64,000 bases of DNA from a bacterium (GTDB taxonomy: Bacteria > UBA8248): the NCBI GenBank assembly GCA_963692865.2, contig OY843592.1:384001-448000 (forward strand), read 5' to 3'. The notes beneath the pieces are model-generated. The model saw only the letters and a program-made list of their open reading frames with translations, did not search any database and was not told the DNA's origin. A program made the translations under genes and the position numbers. Below are positions 1-9,745 of this stretch, piece after piece. How positions within the stretch are numbered: position 1 is the stretch's first letter; each line of letters begins with the position of its first letter.

Positions 1-843
1 GTCGTCCTGCCACAACCGGCCGAGTCGTTTGGCCAGCGCGATTCCCGTGGTCTCGTCGATAATCGTCCTGATTTTCGCGGGCAACCCGTCGTAGCGGGCC
101 TTGTTCATCGTCATCAGGAACAGGACGCAGGACAGGGACACCTCGGTGTGGTATTTCGTCACTTCGTGGAGGCGGAAGGGCCGCATGATGGTCCACGGGA
201 GCCAGGCCCCTTCCACCACGCCCCTTGAGAGCGCCTCGTAGACCCTCGGCACCGGCATGCCGACCGGGGTGGCGCCGAGGGCCTTGAGCATCGCCGCGCT
301 GGCCCGCGAAGGGGCGCGCATCTTCACGCCTTTCAGGTCTTCGAGCGTACGAACCTGCTTCTCGGCCAGGTGGATCTGGCCGGGCGCTGCGGTGTGAAAC
401 ACGAGGGGTCGGGTGTCCTTGTATTCATCCCGCAGCCACTTGCGGTGGAAACGGGTCAACGCCTGGCTGGTCGCTTCCGCGTCCCCGCATACGAAGGGCA
501 GTTCGAAGACCTCGGTCAATGGAAACCGCCCCGCCGAGTAGCCGGGCAGGGTCCAGATGATATCGACCACCCCGTCGCGCGCCTGCCCGTAGAGATGCGA
601 CGGCTTGCCGCCGAGCTGCATCGACGGAAACACCTCGACTTTGACCCGGCCCCCGGACCTCTTCTCGACCTCCCGGGCCCATGGCCGCAAAAACAGGCGA
701 ACGGCGATCGCTTTCGGTGGGTTGAAAGTGTGCACCCGAAGCGTGATCGGTTCCGCGGCGGCGCCGTTCAGGAAGCCGAAGAATACGCCCGCAGCGAGCA
801 ATGCGGACAAGGCATGGGCAAAGGCTCTGCGAATCACATCCAT
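1..843 (-). CDS. dctP: TRAP transporter substrate-binding protein (DctP family), 3' end outside window
   Basis: Manual minus-strand translation from ATG at 843: MDVIRRAFAHAL...ITLRVHTFNPP...EKRSGGRVKVEVFPSMQLGGKP..LYGQARDGVVDI...DLKGVKMRAP...LGATPVGMPVPRVYEALSRGVVEG; signal peptide and DctP motifs. Confidence 0.88.
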   Translation of the reverse strand, partial: MDVIRRAFAHALSALLAAGVFFGFLNGAAAEPITLRVHTFNPPKAIAVRLFLRPWAREVEKRSGGRVKVEVFPSMQLGGKPSHLYGQARDGVVDIIWTLPGYSAGRFPLTEVFELPFVCGDAEATSQALTRFHRKWLRDEYKDTRPLVFHTAAPGQIHLAEKQVRTLEDLKGVKMRAPSRASAAMLKALGATPVGMPVPRVYEALSRGVVEGAWLPWTIMRPFRLHEVTKYHTEVSLSCVLFLMTMNKARYDGLPAKIRTIIDETTGIALAKRLGRLWQDD

Positions 844-1248
844 CCGATGTCCCCCATGAAGCCGGGTATGTCTCGACGCGACGCGGGAGAATCCGCACGG
901 TCAACTCATCATGGCAACTGCCGGTCCTGATCGGGTGATCAGGTTGGAATGTTAGTTTATGTTCGACATCGACTCAAGAAAAATCGAGACGGCACCCGAG
1001 AGGACACTCCGGCGCATCGCTTCGCAGACGGACATCCGCCCGGCGGGCGAACTTCTGCGCCACGGCCCGGAAACCGGCAATGGCCGGCGACAGGCATCCA
1101 CATATCCACTCCCTGGGAGCGGGCTTTGTCAGAGGCGTTCGGGCGACACGGTTCGGTTGGTGGGAGGTTCGTAAATTCGCTCTTGGCCGACTCGTAGGGA
1201 CCGTTCGACGGCAAGACGGCTCGACCCGACCTTGAAGGTGAAAGGAAC

Positions 1249-1326
1249 CGTAGGGACAGGCCCCCGTGCCTGTCCTATGGAGGACAACCACGGGGCAGGA
1301 CAACCCCGAGGAGGGGTTGTCCCTGC
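1249..1326. repeat. GTAG-type REP-like palindrome doublet
   Basis: GTAGGGACAGGCCCCCGTGCCTGTCC...GGACAACCCCGAGGAGGGGTTGTCCCTGC; near copy at 1794-1851. Confidence 0.7.
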
Positions 1327-1338
1327 AATTACGGCATC

Positions 1339-1644
1339 CTATGCGCCCCTCGCTTCGAGCGTCGGTATCCCGCTCACGTCCACCGTGCGTTCGGCGCGCG
1401 CCAGATCGTAGTTGCGCTGGAGGTTGAGCCAGAAACCCGAGCCGTTGCCGAAGAGCTTGCCGAAACGAACCGCCATCTCGGCAGTGACCGGCTGCTTCTC
1501 CTTCAGGATGTCGTAGAGCGTCTGCCGGGATATGCCGAGGGCCGCGGCCACCGCCGTCTTGCTGACGCCCAGGGCGGGCAGGACGTCCTCGCGCAGGATT
1601 TCCCCCGGATGCGCCGGGTCGATGGAAGGGTGTCTCTCGATCAT
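1339..1644 (-). CDS. higA: HigA family addiction module antitoxin (HTH)
   Basis: PAHPGEILREDVL..LGVSKTAVAAALGISRQTL..I...KQPVTAEMAVRFGKLFGNGSGFWLNLQRNYDL; ATG overlaps the upstream toxin-remnant stop (TGATG). Confidence 0.92.
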   Translation of the reverse strand: MIERHPSIDPAHPGEILREDVLPALGVSKTAVAAALGISRQTLYDILKEKQPVTAEMAVRFGKLFGNGSGFWLNLQRNYDLARAERTVDVSGIPTLEARGA

Positions 1645-1755
1645 CAGTGGCAGTCCTCGATGTCGACGTCCTTTGCGCCGTCGTCGTCCCACCCGAAAGT
1701 GACGCGCATGTTGGCGCTCAGGCGAACGGCGTAGCGCCCCGCCATATCGCCTTGA
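1644..1755 (-). pseudogene. higB: HigB (RelE/ParE) toxin C-terminal remnant
   Basis: Translates to GDMAGRYAVRLSANMRVTFGWDDDGAKDVDIEDCH*, matching the HigB C-terminal half; N-terminal half missing. Confidence 0.8.
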
Positions 1756-1793
1756 GGGTCAATTCCGACCAAGGCGGGAGGGGTTTTCAATTG

Positions 1794-1851
1794 TAGGGAC
1801 AGGCCCCTGTGCCTGTCCTATAGGGGACAACCACGGGGGGGTTGTCCCTAC
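1794..1851. repeat. GTAG-type REP-like palindrome doublet
   Basis: GTAGGGACAGGCCCCTGTGCCTGTCC...GGACAACCACGGGGGGGTTGTCCCTAC. Confidence 0.7.
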
Positions 1852-2053
1852 CATTACCGCATCCCAGGCACCCCTCGTCCGTCCTCTCGTCCAATCATCC
1901 CGCAGGCCCTTGTGTCGAATGCTCCCGATCATGGATAAAAGCTAACCACAGCGGCAGGAATTGTCAAGTAATAGCTTACAAAACTTTCGTGCCGCAAAGC
2001 GCCCGAACACGGGGCAGTCCCTGCGAAAGAGAAAAACGCACATCACCTCGCCC

Positions 2054-2911
2054 CTAAAACTTCCTGAGCGGCGTCGCCTCCCGGTCGAAAAGCGCACGTC
2101 TTGCGACGTTCCAGATTTCGAAATGTGTCTTGCGAAGCGTCTCGGGCGAAGCCGCGAGCCAGCGGACAAGCGCGCCGGGGCCGGAGAGCCGCGTGCAGCC
2201 GCCGGCCAGGCCGGAAGCTCCCGCCAGCAGGGCGTCGACCTGCCCGGCAATGAGGTCCAACTCCGCATCCGTCCCGCCTGCCACGTAGAAAGAACCGAGA
2301 TAAGGATAAGGCTCGAAAAGGCCGAGGCGTTCGGGGTTCGATTCTCCGGGCCGCACCTCCATCACGTCGCGCAGGAGCGGCGCGCCCGCGTAGTCGACAT
2401 GCAGCTTTATGTTCAAGGACGTGTAATCAAAATGCTCGCCCGAGGCGACGCGGCCGTGATAGAGCGACTCCCCGTAGAGAAGCCGCGCGCCCTCGGCCAT
2501 GGAGATTCGCGTCTCCTGCGCGTAGATGGAATCGGCATAGGGGATGACGGGGTCGGGCAGGAGTTCGAGGCCGCTTCCCGCGCCCATCTCGATGTGCGTG
2601 GTCGAAACCACCGGCTCGCCCAGGCTCTTGTAGACCTTGGTGGCTCCCTGCGTCGTCCACAGGACGCGCGCGCCTTCATCGAGCGCGATTTCGAGTTCGA
2701 GCACGTCGCCGCCCACGTGCCCGCCCGTCGGGTTGATGAGCGTCAGGTGGGCGGGCGCCTCCCCCTCGGGATAATTGGGGCGCATCACCTGAAGCGGCAC
2801 GCGGAAGAACGAATCCGCGAGGTACGTCCGGCCGCCCGCGCGCGCGAACCGGGCGAGGGCGACGCCGTGGCGTCCCACGCGGGAGGGCGCGGAGGCGCCG
2901 GCGGGCGGCAT
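2054..2911 (-). CDS. ureD: Urease accessory protein UreD
   Basis: INPTGGHVGGDVL, TTQGATKVYKS and LPDPVIPY motifs; last gene of urease operon. Confidence 0.93.
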   Translation of the reverse strand: MPPAGASAPSRVGRHGVALARFARAGGRTYLADSFFRVPLQVMRPNYPEGEAPAHLTLINPTGGHVGGDVLELEIALDEGARVLWTTQGATKVYKSLGEPVVSTTHIEMGAGSGLELLPDPVIPYADSIYAQETRISMAEGARLLYGESLYHGRVASGEHFDYTSLNIKLHVDYAGAPLLRDVMEVRPGESNPERLGLFEPYPYLGSFYVAGGTDAELDLIAGQVDALLAGASGLAGGCTRLSGPGALVRWLAASPETLRKTHFEIWNVARRALFDREATPLRKF

Positions 2912-3528
2912 CAGGCCTCCACGAAGAGGAGTTCGCGCTCGATCCAGCCGATCACCTCACCCAAGCCCTGTTCGGCTTTCAGGTTCGTGAACAGGAACGG
3001 GCGTTCGCCGCGCATCTTGCGGGCGTCGCTGTCCATGACTTCGAGACTCGCGCCCACGAGCGGGGCCAGGTCTATCTTGTTGATCAGCAGGAGTTCGGAG
3101 CGCGTGATGCCGGGGCCGCCCTTTCGGGGAATCTTGTCCCCCGCCGACACGTCGATGACGTAGATCGACGCGTCCACGAGCTCGGGGCTGAAGGTGGCCG
3201 CGAGGTTGTCTCCCCCGCTTTCCACGAAAATGATGTCGAGCGGATGGAAATCGCGCGCGAGCAACTCCATGGCTTCGCGGTTGAGCGATATGTCCTCGCG
3301 GATGGCGGTGTGCGGGCACCCGCCCGTCTCCACGCCGGATATCCGCTCGGGCGCGAGCGCGCCGCTTCGCGTCAGGAATTCCGCGTCCTCTTTCGTGTAG
3401 ATGTCGTTCGTCACCACGGCGATGGCGTACCTGTCGCGCATCCGCTTGCACAGCCTGTCCACCAGGGCGGTCTTGCCCGAGCCGACCGGCCCGCCCACGC
3501 CTATCTTTACGGGCGCCTTATCCATCAT
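2911..3528 (-). CDS. ureG: Urease accessory GTPase UreG
   Basis: [35 protein letters not shown]; AGGAGG RBS before ATG 3528. Confidence 0.97.
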   Translation of the reverse strand: MMDKAPVKIGVGGPVGSGKTALVDRLCKRMRDRYAIAVVTNDIYTKEDAEFLTRSGALAPERISGVETGGCPHTAIREDISLNREAMELLARDFHPLDIIFVESGGDNLAATFSPELVDASIYVIDVSAGDKIPRKGGPGITRSELLLINKIDLAPLVGASLEVMDSDARKMRGERPFLFTNLKAEQGLGEVIGWIERELLFVEA

Positions 3529-3539
3529 CGTCCTCCTCC

Positions 3540-4220
3540 TCAAGAAACGAACAAGCGCGTGTGAAGCCTCCGGTGCGTCACGGCCCTTATCTCGTGCCCC
3601 GGCCCCCAGGAGTGCGCGTCCTCCAAAGGGAGCGCCGCCGCTGTCTCGACCGCCTCGCGCACCGCGCCCTCCAGATTCGAGATGACGCGCTGGCCCTCGG
3701 TCTGGCCGAGCGGAACCAGCCGCACGGCGGCGGAGACCAGGCCGGAGACGGCGCCGTAACAGAGCGATTCGAGGCCCTCTTCACAAGCCAGCCCTAAAGA
3801 TTCTGCGACGCAGCCGAGCACGATCGGATAGTGCGCGCTAACCTGCTCCAGCCTCGCCCGCTCTTCCAACTCGTCCAGAAAAGAATCCTCGATGAATCCC
3901 CGCGCCGTGCGCAGGAACTGGCGCCCCACGCTCCTGCTCGCGTCGCGCAGTGATTTCACGGGCCGCGCGGCGTCATAGGCGGCGTCGAGCGCCATGACTT
4001 TGGGAAGGTCATCCACTTGCTTCGCCAGATAAGCCTCGCGCAGATAGACGCCGTCCAGCGTGGCTACGCCGTGGCGCAGGAGGGAGGCGATGAATTCTTC
4101 AAGCTCCGAAGCCTTGGCGACGGCCCCTTCCGCCACGTAGGTTTCAAGGCCGTAGGAATGGGCGAAGGCGCCGCGCGGAAACGCGGAATCCGATATCTGC
4201 AGGAGCCGGTAGGCGCTCAT
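3540..4220 (-). CDS. ureF: Urease accessory protein UreF
   Basis: [41 protein letters not shown]-terminus. Confidence 0.95.
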   Translation of the reverse strand: MSAYRLLQISDSAFPRGAFAHSYGLETYVAEGAVAKASELEEFIASLLRHGVATLDGVYLREAYLAKQVDDLPKVMALDAAYDAARPVKSLRDASRSVGRQFLRTARGFIEDSFLDELEERARLEQVSAHYPIVLGCVAESLGLACEEGLESLCYGAVSGLVSAAVRLVPLGQTEGQRVISNLEGAVREAVETAAALPLEDAHSWGPGHEIRAVTHRRLHTRLFVS

Positions 4221-4223
4221 CTT

Positions 4224-4667
4224 CTAGTGGTGGTGCGAGTGGAAGGCGCCGAAATCGTGCGTGAAGGGCTCTTTCGCCTTCTCGCACCTGACGCCCATCT
4301 TGACGAAATACGCCTCCAGCACGCTGTCGTAGGGCGTGAGAACGCGGCCGTCCTGGACGCAGATCGGCGCGTGGCGGTTTCCCACCTGGTAGCAGAGGCG
4401 GCCCATCTCAAGGGGCGATTCCGCGTAGAGCACCAGCACGTCTTCGGGTATCGCGGCGACGACCACCACGCGCTCCTCATCCTCGAAGAGAACGTCGCCC
4501 TCCTTGAGAGCCTGTCCGGTCGGCAGTTTAACGCCGAGTTCGGCGCCCGAGTCAGTGCGCACGCGCTGGCGGCTCCTGAGCCTGTCCTCCCAGCCCAGGG
4601 CCACGCGCTCGACGCGTCTCGCCTCATCGGCGCGGAGCCTGCCCCGTATCTCTTCGACGAGGATCAT
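4224..4667 (-). CDS. ureE: Urease nickel chaperone UreE
   Basis: LKEGDVL, YQVGNRHAP, His-rich tail HSHHH. Confidence 0.93.
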   Translation of the reverse strand: MILVEEIRGRLRADEARRVERVALGWEDRLRSRQRVRTDSGAELGVKLPTGQALKEGDVLFEDEERVVVVAAIPEDVLVLYAESPLEMGRLCYQVGNRHAPICVQDGRVLTPYDSVLEAYFVKMGVRCEKAKEPFTHDFGAFHSHHH

Positions 4668-4676
4668 CGCCGCCTC

Positions 4677-6389
4677 CTAGAAAAGGAAATACCGCTGCGC
4701 CATGGGAAGCGACTCGGCGGGCTCGCAGGCGAGCGTCTCCCCGTCCGCCTTCACCACGTAGGTTTCTGGGTCCACCTCTATCTTCGGCAGGGCGTCGTTC
4801 AGCCGCATGTCCTTCTTGCCGATCCCGCGGCACTTCGAGACGGGCGCGACGATCTTGGTGAGGCCGAGCGACTCGCCCAACCGATCTTCCGCCGCCGCCC
4901 CCGAGACGAAGGCGTAGGAAGTGGGACCGACCGCCCCCCCCATCGAACCGAACATGGGGCGGCCCAGAACGGGCTGGGGCGTGGGGATGGAGGCGTTGGG
5001 GTCGCCCATCGCCGCGTGGGCGATGAAGCCGCCCTTCACCACGACTTCGGGTTTTACGCCGAAAAAGGCGGGCCGCCAGAGCACGAGGTCGGCCACCTTG
5101 CCGACTTCGACCGAGCCGACGTAATCGGAAATGCCGTGCGCGATCGCGGGGTTGATGGTGTACTTGGCCACGTAGCGCCTGGCGCGGTAGTTGTCGTTGG
5201 CGCCGCTTTCCTCAGATAGCGCTCCGCGCTGGCGCTTCATCTTGTCCGCCGTCTGCCAGGTGCGGATGACCACCTCACCCACGCGGCCCATGGCCTGGGA
5301 ATCCGAGCCCATCATGCTGAACGCGCCCATGTCGTGGAGAATGTCCTCCGCCGCGATGGTCTCCGCGCGGATTCTCGACTCGGCGAAGGCCACGTCTTCG
5401 GGAATCTTGGCGTCCAGATGGTGGCAGACCATGAGCATGTCGAGATGCTCGTCCACCGTGTTCACCGTGAAGGGACGCGTGGGATTCGTCGAGGAGGGCA
5501 GCACGCTCGCCTCCCCGCACACGCGGATGATGTCGGGCGCGTGGCCGCCGCCCGCCCCTTCGGTGTGGTAGGTGTGGATGGTGCGGCCCTTGAGCGCGGC
5601 GATGGAGGTCTCGACGAAACCCGATTCGTTGAGCGTGTCGGTGTGGATGCAGACCTGCACGTCCATCTCGTCCGCCACGCCGAGACAGCAGTCGATGGCC
5701 GCGGGCGTGGTTCCCCAGTCCTCATGGAGTTTCAGCCCCACGGCGCCCGCGCGGATCTGCTCGACGAGCGGCTCGGGCCGCGAGGCGTTCCCCTTGCCCA
5801 GGAAGCCCAGGTTCATGGGGTAGGCCTCCGCCGCCTGGAGCATCCGGGCGATGTTCCACGCCCCGGGCGTGCAGGTGGTGGCGTTCGTGCCCGTGGCGGG
5901 GCCGGTTCCCCCGCCGAACATGGTGGTGACGCCCGAGGAGAGCGCCTCGTCTATCTGCTGGGGACAGATGAAGTGGATGTGGGTGTCGATGCCGCCGGCG
6001 GTGAGAATCATCCCCTCGCCCGCCAGGACTTCCGTGGCGGCGCCGATAGTCATGTTCACCCCCTCCATCAGGTGGGGGTTGCCCGACTTGCCGATGCCCG
6101 CGATCTTCCCGTCCCTGACGCCCACGTCCGCCTTCACCACGCCCCAGTGGTCGAGGATCAGCGCGTTGGTGATGAGCAGATCGAGCGCGCCGGCCTCGCG
6201 CGTCTCGGTGGGCGACTGGCCCATGCCGTCCCGGATGACCTTGCCGCCGCCGAATTTCGACTCGTCTCCGTAGACGGTGCGGTCTTCTTCGACCTCGATG
6301 AAGAGTTCGGTGTCCGCGAGGCGCACCCTGTCCCCCACCGTGGGGCCGAACATGTCGGCGTAGGCGCGCCTGTCCATTCGATAGGCCAT
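4677..6389 (-). CDS. ureC: Urease alpha subunit
   Basis: [56 protein letters not shown]. Confidence 0.99.
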   Translation of the reverse strand: MAYRMDRRAYADMFGPTVGDRVRLADTELFIEVEEDRTVYGDESKFGGGKVIRDGMGQSPTETREAGALDLLITNALILDHWGVVKADVGVRDGKIAGIGKSGNPHLMEGVNMTIGAATEVLAGEGMILTAGGIDTHIHFICPQQIDEALSSGVTTMFGGGTGPATGTNATTCTPGAWNIARMLQAAEAYPMNLGFLGKGNASRPEPLVEQIRAGAVGLKLHEDWGTTPAAIDCCLGVADEMDVQVCIHTDTLNESGFVETSIAALKGRTIHTYHTEGAGGGHAPDIIRVCGEASVLPSSTNPTRPFTVNTVDEHLDMLMVCHHLDAKIPEDVAFAESRIRAETIAAEDILHDMGAFSMMGSDSQAMGRVGEVVIRTWQTADKMKRQRGALSEESGANDNYRARRYVAKYTINPAIAHGISDYVGSVEVGKVADLVLWRPAFFGVKPEVVVKGGFIAHAAMGDPNASIPTPQPVLGRPMFGSMGGAVGPTSYAFVSGAAAEDRLGESLGLTKIVAPVSKCRGIGKKDMRLNDALPKIEVDPETYVVKADGETLACEPAESLPMAQRYFLF

Positions 6390-6760
6390 CAGTCCGCCCC
6401 CCCGTATCCCCCGGCGCGGGCCTTCTCGAGCGCGGCATCGCGCACGGCGGTCGATTCGAGCGCGCCTTCCGTCAGCGCGTTCAGCCCCATGGCGGTGCGC
6501 GCGCCCGCGAAGGCGACGAGCGTCACCTCCTTCTCATCACCCGGTTCGAAGCGCACCGCCGTTCCCGCAGGGATGTCCAGCCTCATGCCGAAGGCCGCCT
6601 TCCTGTCGAAATCAAGCAGGCGGTTCACCTCGAAAAAATGAAAGTGGGAACCCACCTGTATGGGCCTGTCGCCCCGGTTCGCCACGATGAGCGAGGCGGT
6701 CTCGCGCCCCTCGTTCAGGACGATCTCGCCCTCCGCCAGAATGTATTCGCCGGGTATCAT
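6389..6760 (-). CDS. ureB: Urease beta subunit
   Basis: MIPGE...[17 protein letters not shown]...[15 protein letters not shown]. Confidence 0.98.
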   Translation of the reverse strand: MIPGEYILAEGEIVLNEGRETASLIVANRGDRPIQVGSHFHFFEVNRLLDFDRKAAFGMRLDIPAGTAVRFEPGDEKEVTLVAFAGARTAMGLNALTEGALESTAVRDAALEKARAGGYGGAD

Positions 6761-6770
6761 GCGCCCTCCT

Positions 6771-7076
6771 TCAGCCGCGTATCGGGTCGTGCACCGTCAC
6801 GAGCTTGGTTCCGTCCGGGAACGTGCCCTCGACCTGCACCTCGTGGATCATCTCGGGCACGCCCTCCATGACGTCGTCTCGCGTGAGAATCGTCGCGCCG
6901 TGGCGCATCAGTTCGGCGACGGATTTCCCGTCGCGCGCGCCTTCGAGCACCTCGGCCGTGATGATGCTGACGGCTTCGGGATAGTTGAGTTTGAGGCCCC
7001 GCGCGCGGCGCTTTTGCGCCAACTCCGCCGCAACGAAAACGAGGAGCTTCTCCTGCTCTCTCGGGGTGAGATGCAT
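6771..7076 (-). CDS. ureA: Urease gamma subunit
   Basis: [11 protein letters not shown]...GLKLNYPEA...[15 protein letters not shown]. Confidence 0.98.
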   Translation of the reverse strand: MHLTPREQEKLLVFVAAELAQKRRARGLKLNYPEAVSIITAEVLEGARDGKSVAELMRHGATILTRDDVMEGVPEMIHEVQVEGTFPDGTKLVTVHDPIRG

Positions 7077-7110
7077 CTTTCGCCTCCTGTCATAAAACTC
7101 CTGAAACCGG

Positions 7111-7806
7111 CTACGCGGTCAGGCGGTCGAGCAGCGCCGCGTCGCACTCGCCCTCCGCTTCGCCCGTGGCCGTGAACTCCCCTTTTTCCATGACGTAGTA
7201 TCGATCCGCAAGCCGCCAGGCGAACTCCAGGTACTGTTCCACCAGGATGATGCCCACGTCGCCGCGCCCCTTGATCTTCCACAGAACGCTCTCGATGTCC
7301 ATGATGATGGAGGGCTGGATGCCCTCGGTCGGCTCATCGAGCAGCAGGAGCTTCGGTTCGCTCACCAGGGCGCGGGCGATGGCGAGTTGCTGCTGCTGGC
7401 CGCCGCTCAGCACGCCTCCCTTGCGTCCGAGCATCTCCTTCAGCACGGGGAAGAGTTCAAAAACAGCCTCGTCATAACTCCTGGGGCGGTCGGGGTGGGC
7501 TTCCAGCCCCAGCAGGAGGTTCTCGTGCACGCTCAACTGCGGGAAAATCTCCCGCCCCTGGGGGACGTAGGCGACCCCGAGCCTCGCGCGCGCCTCGGGC
7601 CTGGCCGCGGTGACGTCTTGTTCCAGAAACGAGATTTTCCCGGCCTTCGGCCGCAGCAGACCGACGATGGATTTCAGGAACGTGGTCTTGCCCATGCCGT
7701 TTCTGCCGATGACGCCCGCGATTTCGCCGGGGCGCACCTCGATGTCGAGGCCGCGCAGAATGTGGCTCTCCCCGTAGTAGGCGTGGAGCCCGTCCACCTC
7801 AAGCAT
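7111..7806 (-). CDS. urtE: Urea ABC transporter ATP-binding subunit UrtE
   Basis: [39 protein letters not shown]; adjacent to urease. Confidence 0.92.
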   Translation of the reverse strand: MLEVDGLHAYYGESHILRGLDIEVRPGEIAGVIGRNGMGKTTFLKSIVGLLRPKAGKISFLEQDVTAARPEARARLGVAYVPQGREIFPQLSVHENLLLGLEAHPDRPRSYDEAVFELFPVLKEMLGRKGGVLSGGQQQQLAIARALVSEPKLLLLDEPTEGIQPSIIMDIESVLWKIKGRGDVGIILVEQYLEFAWRLADRYYVMEKGEFTATGEAEGECDAALLDRLTA

Positions 7807-8566
7807 GTTCCTCGCTTCCCCTGCCCAGATAGAGTTCGACCACCCGCTCGTCCTTGTGCACGTGGTCGATGGAACCCTCGCATATCACGGCGCCCTCGTG
7901 CAGCACGGTGACGCGCTCGGCGATCTCGCGCACGAACTTCATGTCGTGCTCGATGACGAGGACCGAGCGATGCTCGGCGATGCGCCTCAAGAGCGCCGCC
8001 GTCTTCTCCGTCTCCCTATCGGACATGCCGGCCACGGGCTCATCGACGAGGAGCAGATCGGGGTCCTGCACCACCACCATGCCGATCTCCAGCCACTGCT
8101 TCTCGCCGTGGGCGAGCAGACCGGCCCGCCAGTCGCTCTTCGAAGCGAGCCCGATGACGTCGAGCGTCTCCTCGACGCGCTCGCGCGCCTCGGGCGCGGC
8201 GCCGCCGAAAAGAAGCGAGGTCACCTTCTTGTCCTGCTTCACGGAGAGTTCGAGATTGTCGCGCACCGTAAGATTCTCGTAAATCGTCGGCGTCTGGAAT
8301 TTTCTGCCGATGCCCGCGTTCGATATCTCCTCCTGGCGCATCCGCGCGAGATTGGTCTTCTCCTTGAAGATCACCCGCCCCGAATCGGGCTTCACCTTGC
8401 CGGTCACGACGTCGAGCAGGGTGGTCTTGCCCGCGCCGTTCGGGCCGATGACGCAGCGAAGCTCCCCCTTGTCCATGCTGAAGTTGAGCGCGTTCAGCGC
8501 CTTGAAGCCGTCGAAGACGACGAACACGTCCTCCATGTAGAGTATGCTTTTCGACGTAAGCGTCAT
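7799..8566 (-). CDS. urtD: Urea ABC transporter ATP-binding subunit UrtD
   Basis: FDGFKAL, GPNGAGKT, GIGRKFQTP, HGEKQWLEIGM. Confidence 0.93.
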   Translation of the reverse strand: MTLTSKSILYMEDVFVVFDGFKALNALNFSMDKGELRCVIGPNGAGKTTLLDVVTGKVKPDSGRVIFKEKTNLARMRQEEISNAGIGRKFQTPTIYENLTVRDNLELSVKQDKKVTSLLFGGAAPEARERVEETLDVIGLASKSDWRAGLLAHGEKQWLEIGMVVVQDPDLLLVDEPVAGMSDRETEKTAALLRRIAEHRSVLVIEHDMKFVREIAERVTVLHEGAVICEGSIDHVHKDERVVELYLGRGSEEHA

Positions 8567-8575
8567 GCCTTCCCC

Positions 8576-9739
8576 CTAGCCTTCGCTTCCAATGGCCGCG
8601 AGAGACTCATCCCCCGCCGCGCGCTCCCTGCGGCGGAACCAGCTTTCGACCTTGCGGGGCAAATCGCGCGCCAGGCCGACGACGCCGTCCGGGAAGAACT
8701 GGACCACGAGAACGAATATGCCGCCCAGGAAGTAGAGCCAGTAATCCGGATAACTCGAAGTGAGGTAGCTCCGCGCCCAGTTCACGCCGACCGCGCCGAT
8801 GACGGCGCCGATGAGCGACCCCCGTCCGCCGACCGCCACCCAGATAACCATCTCGATGGAGGGCAGCACGCCGATCCGACCGGGGGTGATGATGCCCACC
8901 TGGGGCGCGTACAGCGCGCCGGCGACCCCGGCCAGCATGGCGGACACGGTGAAGACGAACACCTTGTAGTTCGCGGGCGTGTAGCCGGAGTAGAGCACGC
9001 GGTTCTCCGCGTCGCGGATCGCCAGGAGTATCTTCCCGGCGCGCGATTTCACTATCCAGCGGCACAGCAGGTACGCGCCGCAAAGCGCCAGCGCGGTGGC
9101 GACGTAAAGCCCCCGCTGCGTGGACGTCTCGGTGAGCGTGAAGCCGAGTATCTTCTTGAAGTTGGTGAGGCCGTTCGTCCCACCCAGGTTCACCTCGTTT
9201 CGGTTGAAGACGAGCCATGCGGAGAGCGCCAGCGCCTGCGTGATGATGGCGAAGTACACGCCGCGCACCCGCGTCCTGAACGCGAGGAAGCCGAAGACGG
9301 CCGCCAGCGCGCCCGGCACCACCGCCACCGCGAGCGTCGTGAAGAAAAACGAATGGAACGGCTTCCAGAAAAGGGGCAGCTCCTTCACGCGGTTCCAGAC
9401 CATGAAGTCAGGCAGCTTGCTCTGGTAGACGCCCTCGCCGCCGATCTCGAGCGTGAGGTACATCCCCATGCAATAGGCGCCCAGGCCGAAGAACACGCCG
9501 TGGCCCATGCTCAGGATGCCGGTGTAGCCCCATATCAGGTCGAGGCCCAGCGCCAGGATGGCGTAGGCCAGGAATTTTCCGAACAGGTTGAGCGTGAAAT
9601 CCGAGACGTGGAAGAACGAGCCCGGCGCCCCGAAGGCGTTGAGCGAGGGCATCGCGACGATGAACCAGAACGCCGCGATCACGAGAACGACGCCGCCGAC
9701 CTTCTTTTCCATCCTGTCCACCAGAGTTTCACCCGGCAT
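8576..9739 (-). CDS. urtC: Urea ABC transporter permease UrtC
   Basis: LDLIWGYTGILSMGHG, LPDFMVWN, SIEMVIWVAVGGRG; start could be 9712. Confidence 0.92.
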   Translation of the reverse strand: MPGETLVDRMEKKVGGVVLVIAAFWFIVAMPSLNAFGAPGSFFHVSDFTLNLFGKFLAYAILALGLDLIWGYTGILSMGHGVFFGLGAYCMGMYLTLEIGGEGVYQSKLPDFMVWNRVKELPLFWKPFHSFFFTTLAVAVVPGALAAVFGFLAFRTRVRGVYFAIITQALALSAWLVFNRNEVNLGGTNGLTNFKKILGFTLTETSTQRGLYVATALALCGAYLLCRWIVKSRAGKILLAIRDAENRVLYSGYTPANYKVFVFTVSAMLAGVAGALYAPQVGIITPGRIGVLPSIEMVIWVAVGGRGSLIGAVIGAVGVNWARSYLTSSYPDYWLYFLGGIFVLVVQFFPDGVVGLARDLPRKVESWFRRRERAAGDESLAAIGSEG

Positions 9740-9745
9740 CGCGTA

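Noticed and set aside
900-1245. Short ORFs upstream of dctP
   Set aside because: No motifs or RBS support, and the frames conflict.
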